64,000 nucleotides of DNA. It comes from Methanomassiliicoccaceae archaeon (lineage in GTDB: Archaea; Thermoplasmatota; Thermoplasmata; Methanomassiliicoccales; Methanomassiliicoccaceae). A program made the translations under genes and the position numbers. Below are positions 56,818-64,000 of the stretch, piece after piece. Within the stretch, counting starts at the first letter, position 1. Each line of letters opens with the position of its first letter. A model generated the notes under the pieces. The model was not told where the DNA came from. It did no database searches and was given only the letters and a program-made list of their open reading frames with translations. The stretch lies in the NCBI GenBank assembly GCA_040776945.1, contig JAXGZN010000001.1:384001-448000 (forward strand), written 5' to 3'.

Positions 56818-59258
56818 TGCCAGTGGGTCAATGGAACGTTCGCCTTCTCGCCGCCACCTACCGAAGGGTGGAGAACGACCAGCTCTCCATGGAGCTGTAC
56901 GGCAAGGTGGACGACGGGCGTTCCATCACCGTGCGCTACGTCGGCTTCGAACCGTACTTCGATGTCGTTGAGCCGACGCCGGCGGTGGTCGAGCAGCTGA
57001 GAAAGGACCCAGACGTCCGGCGGGTCGAGGAGATCGAGATATTCTACAAGGGCAAGCTCCGCCCGTCGGCCAAGGTGTACGTCCGCTTTCCCTGGCTGGT
57101 CCCTGATTTCCGCGCCCGGCTAAGGCGGGAGTTCGAGGTCCTGGCGGCGGACATACCGTTCCATCACCGGTTCGCTTACGACTACGATATGGGCTCTTGC
57201 ATCAGAGTGTACGGCCGCGAAGGCGTTGGCGAATACCGCACCGACCTCGTCGTGGACATGGACAAGGTCCCGGGAAAGAACGCGCCCATGTTCGACAACC
57301 TCCCGCCGTTCAACCCTGACCTTAAGGTGCTGTCTTTCGACATCGAGAACGCCATCAAGGATGGGACCATACTCACGCTGTGCTACGTCATCAGTGAAGG
57401 GGGGAAGCTGCGCGGGGGAACGCCCATCTACGGCGACGAGCGCGAGATCATCGACCGCTTCACGAAGGTAGTTCAGGACGAGGACCCGGACGTCATCACT
57501 GGATACAACATCGACAACTACGACATCCCGACGATCATCGACCGGGCCAAACTGGCCCGGGCCGGTAAATTGGCCTGGGGGCGGGACCTCTCGGAGCCGC
57601 GCAAGGTGGGCTTGCGAGGCTGGCGCGTCACCGGGCGCCTGGTGATAGATGCGTGGTGGGCGGCCAAGATACAGCTGCGGCCGAAACAGGAGACCCTGAA
57701 CCATGTGGCCAAGCTGTGCCTGGGGGAGGAGAAGCTGGACGTGGAGCCGTCGAAGATGGATGAGGAGTGGGAGAGGGACCGCGACAAGGTCCTGCGCTAC
57801 TGCCTCAAGGACGCTGAACTGGCGCTTCGCATCTTGGAGTACGTCGGTTCGGTCCGGCGCACCATGGACCTCGCCGCCGTGTCCAAGCTGCCGATGGAGG
57901 ACGTACAGACCTCCGGGAACTCGATGCTCATCGACTCCATCCTGATCAGGGAGGCGGACCGGGTGCCTCCGCCCTTTGGACCGGTCGGTGTCCCTCTTAC
58001 CGGCAACTTCGATGACGACGAGGAGGCCATCGAGGGAGGGTACGTGCACACCATCGAGCCGGGACTTTACCACTGGGTCATCGTCCTGGACTTCAAGTCG
58101 ATGTATCCTTCGCTCATCATCCAAAAGAACATCTGCTTCACCACGCTGAGCGATGATGGTCCGATCGTCTCGCCCAGCGGAGCGAGGTTCCTGTCCAGGG
58201 ATCAGCGGGAGGGGTTGCTGCCGAAGATCCTCAAGGACCTAATGGCCCAGAGGGATGACATCAAGCGCAAGATGAAGGAGACCAAGGACCCCGATGAGTT
58301 CCGCTATTATGACGGGCTGCAGAACGCCGTCAAGATCCTCATGAACGCGGTGTATGGCGTGTTCGCCTCCTCGTTCTACCGCTTCACCGACCGCAATATC
58401 GGGAGCGCGATCACCTCCTTTGCTCGAGAGACGGTCAAGACGCTCATCTCCCGGCTGGAGGAGGACGGCATTAACGTCGTTTACTCAGACACTGACTCAT
58501 TGTTCCTACAATCCCCTTACGATAATCTGGACGATACCGTGAGGTTCGGCAAGGAGATCTCCGAGCGCTTCTCCCGCGAGATCTCCCAGATGGAGTTCCA
58601 GAAGGTCCTCGAACCGCTGTTCTCCCACGGCAAGAAGAAGAGGTACGTCGGCCGCTCGGTGTGGCCCGACAACGAACTGCTCATCCGGGGCTACGAGACC
58701 AGGAGGACCGATGCCTTCGATCTCCAATCCGAGGTCCTGATGGCGGTGTTCGAGAGAATATTGGACGAGAGGACAGAGGACGCGGTCAAGATCGCCAGGG
58801 AGAACGTCCAGAAGGCCATGGACTGCAAGGTGCCCATCGAGTCGCTGGTCATATCGCGCACATGCAAGTCGTTCAACTCTTACAAAGACCCGGACTCGCA
58901 GGCGAACGTCCAGGCGGCCCGCAAGCTCATGGCCATGGGATATGAGTTCGTGCCCGGGATGAAGGTGTCGTGGATCGTCACCGACTCAAGGAAGACCCCG
59001 CAGGAGGTCGAGCCGTACGTCAGCGGGCGGAAGTTCGAGCATCGGCCCGATTGCCGCTACTACGCGGAAAGGATCGCGCAGACCGCCGCGAGGGCCACCG
59101 AGGTGTTCGGATGGGGAGAGAAGGATCTGTTGACCGGCTCTCAGCAGGTGACGCTGTTCGACACCGCTTTTTCCGGCAGTTCGGACACCGGCGCGAAAAA
59201 GAAGGGGCCAGAGGTGAAAAGAGCGACGAAGAGGCCGGACCTGCGAGATTTTATGTGA
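56817..59258 (+). CDS. polB: Family B DNA polymerase
   Basis: Exo I SFDIE, Exo II GYNIDNYD, Exo III YCLKD; polymerase motifs DFKSMYPS, KILMNAVYG, YSDTDS; no intein. Confidence 0.96.
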   Translation: MPVGQWNVRLLAATYRRVENDQLSMELYGKVDDGRSITVRYVGFEPYFDVVEPTPAVVEQLRKDPDVRRVEEIEIFYKGKLRPSAKVYVRFPWLVPDFRARLRREFEVLAADIPFHHRFAYDYDMGSCIRVYGREGVGEYRTDLVVDMDKVPGKNAPMFDNLPPFNPDLKVLSFDIENAIKDGTILTLCYVISEGGKLRGGTPIYGDEREIIDRFTKVVQDEDPDVITGYNIDNYDIPTIIDRAKLARAGKLAWGRDLSEPRKVGLRGWRVTGRLVIDAWWAAKIQLRPKQETLNHVAKLCLGEEKLDVEPSKMDEEWERDRDKVLRYCLKDAELALRILEYVGSVRRTMDLAAVSKLPMEDVQTSGNSMLIDSILIREADRVPPPFGPVGVPLTGNFDDDEEAIEGGYVHTIEPGLYHWVIVLDFKSMYPSLIIQKNICFTTLSDDGPIVSPSGARFLSRDQREGLLPKILKDLMAQRDDIKRKMKETKDPDEFRYYDGLQNAVKILMNAVYGVFASSFYRFTDRNIGSAITSFARETVKTLISRLEEDGINVVYSDTDSLFLQSPYDNLDDTVRFGKEISERFSREISQMEFQKVLEPLFSHGKKKRYVGRSVWPDNELLIRGYETRRTDAFDLQSEVLMAVFERILDERTEDAVKIARENVQKAMDCKVPIESLVISRTCKSFNSYKDPDSQANVQAARKLMAMGYEFVPGMKVSWIVTDSRKTPQEVEPYVSGRKFEHRPDCRYYAERIAQTAARATEVFGWGEKDLLTGSQQVTLFDTAFSGSSDTGAKKKGPEVKRATKRPDLRDFM

Positions 59259-59347
59259 TCCGTACCAATAATTTATGCTGGCTACGACCATAGTATTGAA
59301 TGTGGATATCCACGCAGATACGTTTAACTTAACATCTCGTTTTTTTC

Positions 59348-59779
59348 ATGCGGGTATCGGATTTGATAGGCAAGATGGAGATCATAGGAGAATGGGCCGC
59401 CGACGGATCGTTGGAAGAGAGCGGCGAGCGCCGCATCATCGACATGAAGCAGCTCAATGAGACCATCAAAAGGAAGACCTACGAGATCGATCTGCAGCTC
59501 CTGCTCGCCGGCCTGCTCACCATTCTTGGCATCCACAAGGACGCTGGGGAGAAGCGCTTCACCCTGGAGGTCCATGTGCCGCTCTTCCTGGAGGAGGACG
59601 AGGAGTACGACGTGTCCATGCTGGAACGTAGGGCGGAGGCGCTGAAGACATTGAAGGAGCGGGGATACTATCTCGAAGGACACCGCGGAGGGTTCGTCAA
59701 GTGCTTCCGAGAAGGCTCCCTGCACGAGCTGGAGGACGAGCTCGATTTCATAGAAGGCGCCATGGCGACCGCCGGCTGA
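59348..59779 (+). CDS. Hypothetical acidic protein
   Basis: Open frame with host-like codon usage; no recognised motif. Confidence 0.6.
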   Translation: MRVSDLIGKMEIIGEWAADGSLEESGERRIIDMKQLNETIKRKTYEIDLQLLLAGLLTILGIHKDAGEKRFTLEVHVPLFLEEDEEYDVSMLERRAEALKTLKERGYYLEGHRGGFVKCFREGSLHELEDELDFIEGAMATAG

Positions 59780-59939
59780 ACAGCTGGGCGGTCCGCTCAA
59801 GAGGCCGCGCGGTCTACGATATTATTAAATAATATTGGCTAACTGTCGGACGCTAGTCACGAGAGGGATCTCGTCGGAGATGTGCCCCCGGGAACGAGGG
59901 TGAATCCATAAACGCCGCGAGAGCGGCATGGTGATACAC

Positions 59940-60590
59940 ATGGCAACGAACCAGGAGAGAGAGCCCGCCGCCGGGTCCGAAGAAGAGACCAAGGCGTTCG
60001 TGGGCAAGAACATGTACAGTTTTATAGCCGACGCTTGGAACAGGCCCTCTGACAGCTATGTAAAGGAGCTGCAGTGGGCCCGGCTCATAGAGTGGCGCCG
60101 CGAGGAGAACTACGTCAAGATCGACCATCCCACCAGGCTGGACCGCGCCCGCAAGCTCGGGTTCAAGGCCAAGCAGGGGTTCATCGTTGTCCGGGGCCGT
60201 GTCCGCAAGGGCTCACTTAGGCGCCGCCAGATCCGCAAGGGCCGACGCGCCAAGCGCCGAGGGATCAACAAGATCACCATGGGCAAGAGCCTGCAGCGGA
60301 TCGCTGAGGAGCGCGCATGCAAGAAATATCCCAACCTTGAGGTCCTGAACTCATACTGGGTAGGCATGGACGGCAAGAGCGAGTGGTTCGAGATCATAAT
60401 GGTCGATCCGCATCATCCGGTCATCAAGGCGGACAAGACCATCAACTGGATCTGCTCCCCGAAGCAGAAGGGCAGGGCGTTCCGCGGCCTAACCGCCGCT
60501 GGCAAGGCCGGGCGCGGGCTGAAGTGGAAAGGCAAAGGCGCCGAGAAGGTCCGCCCGTCCATCAACGCGCACAAGCACCAGGGCAAGTAA
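59940..60590 (+). CDS. rpl15e: 50S ribosomal protein L15e
   Basis: PTRLDRARKLGFKAKQG, IAEERA..KYPNLEVLNSYWVG.DG, RAFRGLT. Confidence 0.97.
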   Translation: MATNQEREPAAGSEEETKAFVGKNMYSFIADAWNRPSDSYVKELQWARLIEWRREENYVKIDHPTRLDRARKLGFKAKQGFIVVRGRVRKGSLRRRQIRKGRRAKRRGINKITMGKSLQRIAEERACKKYPNLEVLNSYWVGMDGKSEWFEIIMVDPHHPVIKADKTINWICSPKQKGRAFRGLTAAGKAGRGLKWKGKGAEKVRPSINAHKHQGK

Positions 60591-60692
60591 GCCCTCGGTC
60601 CTTTTCAAATCCATTCCCCTTTCTCAATTTTTGTATATTACTGTGGATTGGTCCGATCGCGATCAGACATTGGAAGTTATAAACGCCAGGCC

Positions 60693-61553
60693 TCAGGCCG
60701 ACCGTAATGCGGCCAGCCGTTCTGCAATCTCCGCATCGGTCATGCCAATGAGGGGATAGAAGGCAGGGGTGGCGGAGTGCATCTCCTTGATCCTATCCAT
60801 ATCCCCTACGCCGTAGCCGTGGACCGTGGCCAGGGCCTTTACGTCCCTCAGCACCTTGTGTACCTCCCTACCGACGAAGACCTTGAGGCGGGGGTCCCAG
60901 GCCTTGAGGATGCTCGCCGGACCATCCGCCGAGGGCGTCGACACGAATACCCGGCAGCCGCGCTTCATGAGCATCCATGCCGCCAGCGCATCCCGCTCGT
61001 TCTCGATCAGAGCGACGACCTTTCCCTGGCTGCCCATGGGCAGGCCCGCCGGCCCGGAGAGGTACTCGGTGAAGATGTATGCCTTCTTCTCTCTAACCTC
61101 GACGTAGAAGGTGACGTCCGGCCGCGTCAGATCAACGCGCACCTCGCGGTCCTCATTGGCGAGGAATATCGCCGAGCCGACCTCCCGGCCGACATCCATG
61201 CTCTTGTACGGGTGATTCCCTTCCCTGCGGGCCTTGACCGCGAACGATTGCCCGTCCTTGAGCACCCCGCGGGAGTACTCGGCGGCGGCCTTCTGCATCT
61301 TCTCCATGGCGCTGTCGGAAATCAACGCCGGCGACACCGAGGCGATGCCAAAGACCCGGCGGAGAACCGGGACCGCCTCGTCGATACGGTCAGCGGTGAT
61401 GTATATCCGGCCCTGTTCGCAAGTGACCAGCGCCTCCAGGTTGTTGGCGGAGAGCGCCGTCATCATGTTGTCCAAGAGGATGCTCTCAAAGTATCTCCGC
61501 ACCCCGGAGCTCTTCAGGCCTACCTCCGCGTACCGGGCCAATATAACGTCCAC
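60693..61553 (-). CDS. ThiI-like THUMP-domain protein with degenerate PP-loop
   Basis: ILARYAEVGLKS, VFGIASVSP, SFAVKARR, VDLTRPD, GPAGLPMGSQGK. The SGGxDS motif is replaced by ENERDA. Confidence 0.8.
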   Translation of the reverse strand: MDVILARYAEVGLKSSGVRRYFESILLDNMMTALSANNLEALVTCEQGRIYITADRIDEAVPVLRRVFGIASVSPALISDSAMEKMQKAAAEYSRGVLKDGQSFAVKARREGNHPYKSMDVGREVGSAIFLANEDREVRVDLTRPDVTFYVEVREKKAYIFTEYLSGPAGLPMGSQGKVVALIENERDALAAWMLMKRGCRVFVSTPSADGPASILKAWDPRLKVFVGREVHKVLRDVKALATVHGYGVGDMDRIKEMHSATPAFYPLIGMTDAEIAERLAALRSA

Positions 61554-61618
61554 GCCCGTGTGATGGACCCCTTGGTTATTATGATTTCGCGGAGTAGGAT
61601 TTTTTAACGGCGTAAGCC

Positions 61619-62461
61619 ATGGTCTCGCTGATGGACCTGCTGCTGGCGCTGGAGATCATAATCATCGCGATCCTTGCTGGCGTCGTCGGCTCGATGTTCG
61701 GGATAGGTGGCGGGATAATCATCATCCCGGCCCTCACCATCGTCCTCGGCCTGCCGATCAAGGACGCCATCGGCGCCAGCCTCATCGGCGTGATCGCCAC
61801 CTCCACCGGCGCCGCGTCGAGGTTCGTGGGGCAGGGGATCGTGAACATCCGGCTGGGAATGATCATGGAACCTGCCACGACAATGGGCTCGATGGTGGGT
61901 GCTGTGCTGGCCGTATATCTTGACCAGCACGTGCTTTCCGCGGTGTTCGCTCTGCTGCTCGTCTACTCATCGTACTATATGCTCAAGCGGCCAGAGGTCA
62001 CCATCCACGGAGAGAGGTGCGTGGACTACCTTAGCTGCGCCTATGATGATCCATCGACCGGCGAGAAGGTCCATTACGAAGTGAGGAACCTCGAGAGAGG
62101 CCTTCTGGCGTCGTTCTTCGCCGGAAACATGTCCGGGATGCTGGGCGTGGGCGGCGGCATCGTCAAGGTACCGGCTATGAACGTATGGATGGGCGTGCCT
62201 ATGCGCGCGGCCACCGCCACCAGCAACTTCATGATCGGTGTGACCGCGCTCGCCGGAGCGATCGTTCTTTACGCCAACGGCCTCATCTCTCCGGTGCTGG
62301 CCGCACTTGTAGCCCTGGGCGTGTTCGCCGGCGCGATGGTGGGCCCCAGGGTGGCGAGACGCACTGCCGGGCCGGCCCTCCGCAGGTACTTCGCCCTCCT
62401 GATGCTCGGTGTGGCTGCCCTCATGCTGATCAAGTCCATCGGGTTCGAGGTGGGGTTATGA
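61619..62461 (+). CDS. TauE/SafE family sulfite exporter
   Basis: GSMFGIGGGIIIIP and GMLGVGGGIVKVP repeats, ATATSNFMIG. Confidence 0.9.
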   Translation: MVSLMDLLLALEIIIIAILAGVVGSMFGIGGGIIIIPALTIVLGLPIKDAIGASLIGVIATSTGAASRFVGQGIVNIRLGMIMEPATTMGSMVGAVLAVYLDQHVLSAVFALLLVYSSYYMLKRPEVTIHGERCVDYLSCAYDDPSTGEKVHYEVRNLERGLLASFFAGNMSGMLGVGGGIVKVPAMNVWMGVPMRAATATSNFMIGVTALAGAIVLYANGLISPVLAALVALGVFAGAMVGPRVARRTAGPALRRYFALLMLGVAALMLIKSIGFEVGL

Positions 62462-62805
62462 GCTACGACCGGGGCGATCGTTCCCGCACCGACCGCTGGG
62501 TCCACGTGGTGCTCAGGTGGGGCATGACCGTCAGCATGGCCGTTCTGCTCATCGGCCTGCTTCTCTTCGCTCTAGACCCCGGAGGGCACGACGAGGCGGA
62601 TATGGGCTTTGGGGACATCGCGCAAGGGATCGCCGCCGGGAACCCAATAGCGGTCATCGACCTTGGCATCATCCTGCTGATCGCCACTCCTCTGACGCGA
62701 GTGCTCACGACCCTTGCCATATTTATCGCGGACCGTGAACCGAGGTTCATCCTGGTATCCATGCTGGTCCTTGGCATAATCGCCCTAGCCATCCTGTTGG
62801 GCTAG
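62458..62805 (+). CDS. DUF1634 membrane protein
   Basis: VLRWGM...LGIILLIATPLTRV; usual TauE partner; ATGA overlap. Confidence 0.82.
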   Translation: MSYDRGDRSRTDRWVHVVLRWGMTVSMAVLLIGLLLFALDPGGHDEADMGFGDIAQGIAAGNPIAVIDLGIILLIATPLTRVLTTLAIFIADREPRFILVSMLVLGIIALAILLG

Positions 62806-62877
62806 GTTCTTGATAGCTGGCATGGGGACGCAAACCTTCATGAGCCCACGTCCGTTCTAAGGGCGGGATGCATCGGG

Positions 62878-64000
62878 ATGGGAAAGAGCAGAACAAAGGA
62901 CGATAAGTGGTACTTTTCGTTCCTACCTAACAACATGGCAGGGGGCAGCACTTCGCCGCTTATCCCCTTGTTCGTGACCGAGGGCCTGGCGGGGACCGTG
63001 GCGCAGGTCGGGATGATCAGCGCGCTTTCGTCTCTGGCAGCGATACCATCCAACATCATGTGGGGTAACCTCTCGGACGCAGCAAAGAAGCGGCGCCTGT
63101 TCGTGCTCATCGGGTTCGCCGGGCTGGCGCTCTCCCTCCTCATGATGGCGTTCTCGGTCAACTTCTTTCAATATCTTATCGCCAATGCCGTTCTGGGCCT
63201 GCTGTCCACAGCAGCCTCGCCGGTGGGCACCGTCCTCATCCTGGAATCGTTCAAGGAAGAGGAATGGGCCAGGCGTCTGGGGGACTTCAGCAAGATTGGC
63301 GGCATCGGATGGGTCGTCGGCCTTAGTGTCGGGACGGTGTGGATAGCGGGCTTCTCCAACAGCGCCGATCCTTCTCTTACCATGCGGGCGCTGTTCATCA
63401 TGGCCGCTGGCCTTTCCATGGTCTCGATATTCCTGGCATACCGGTGGGTCCCTGAACCGGGAGAGGTGCTCGACCGCTCCAAGATCGTCAGCGGCTCGAT
63501 CCTCCGTACCCCCTTGTACGTGTTCGAGCGAGCACGGTATCTGCCGTACCGCATGATCCATGTCCTGAGGATCAGCTCCGGAAGGATCGGCATCAAGAAC
63601 ATTCCGGGCAACCTACGGATGTACTATGTATATGCTATGATCGTGTTCACCGGGTTCCTGTCGTTCTACGTCGGCCTGCCTATCTTCCTGAAGCACTACG
63701 CCGGAATGAGCAGTACTGAGGTGTTCATCATCTACCTTGCTTCATCCATCGCCTCGGCACTTACGTACTCGCAGGCGGGCCACTGGGCAACCAGTCTGGG
63801 AAGCAAGAGGCTGCAGACCCTGGCCGTCGCGGGAAGGGTGTTCCTATTCCCGTCGTTCTTCTTGGCGACCATGATGGGGCTGTCCCACGGCGCGTTGTTG
63901 GTGACGTTCTGCGTCCTTCATGCCCTTATGGGGTTCTGCTGGGCCAACATATCCGTTTCCGGGAACCACATCGTGTCCAACATGTGCTTGAAGGAGCGCC
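62878..64000 (+). CDS. MFS transporter (runs off the right window edge)
   Basis: Not in the ORF track. Manual translation MGKSRTKDDKWYFSFLPNNMAGGSTSPLIPLFVT...WGNLSDAAKKRRLF (MFS motif A-like); multiple TM segments; open to the end. Confidence 0.85.
   Translation, partial: MGKSRTKDDKWYFSFLPNNMAGGSTSPLIPLFVTEGLAGTVAQVGMISALSSLAAIPSNIMWGNLSDAAKKRRLFVLIGFAGLALSLLMMAFSVNFFQYLIANAVLGLLSTAASPVGTVLILESFKEEEWARRLGDFSKIGGIGWVVGLSVGTVWIAGFSNSADPSLTMRALFIMAAGLSMVSIFLAYRWVPEPGEVLDRSKIVSGSILRTPLYVFERARYLPYRMIHVLRISSGRIGIKNIPGNLRMYYVYAMIVFTGFLSFYVGLPIFLKHYAGMSSTEVFIIYLASSIASALTYSQAGHWATSLGSKRLQTLAVAGRVFLFPSFFLATMMGLSHGALLVTFCVLHALMGFCWANISVSGNHIVSNMCLKER

Noticed and set aside
56817-59258. Intein-containing or inactivated PolB
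   Set aside because: Normal length with all exonuclease and polymerase motifs intact.
1-64000. CRISPR array or cas operon; rRNA genes
   Set aside because: No regularly spaced repeats were seen; the RuvC relic has IS ends and no array; no rRNA-like sequence.

Overview
GC-rich archaeal chromosome segment, most likely a Methanomassiliicoccales (Methanomassiliicoccus-like) methanogen. This is inferred from archaeal information-processing genes plus several orphan corrinoid/MtaA-family genes; it was not checked against a database. The right third (48-61 kb) is housekeeping: aIF-1A, Rio1, KH/Dim2, Pus10, L21e, RpoF, DUF655, KsgA, YchF, PolB, L15e. The main accessory feature is a visibly AT-richer minus-strand cluster (8.7-21.2 kb). 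It holds two corrinoid proteins, two MtaA/UroD-fold methyltransferases, a 7-Cys small protein, a COG0523 GTPase with a His-rich partner, two tandem hydantoinase-A-like ATPases with no B subunit, two DGC-type Cys proteins and a divergent HTH-10 regulator, but no recognisable substrate-specific MT1. It is a candidate undescribed methyl-transfer/corrinoid-activation system, interrupted by a bacterial-type RluB. Other finds: a decayed hgcA (mercury methylase) pseudogene at ~24.8-25.6 kb, a dead IS605 tnpB whose right end supplies the archease stop codon, an amiE-amiS amidase islet beside an integrase relic at tRNA-Glu, a haloarchaeal-type phosphomevalonate decarboxylase, hcp with a divergent Cys-tailed Lrp regulator, and a ThiI-like protein lacking its PP-loop. 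All family calls come from motif recognition by eye.
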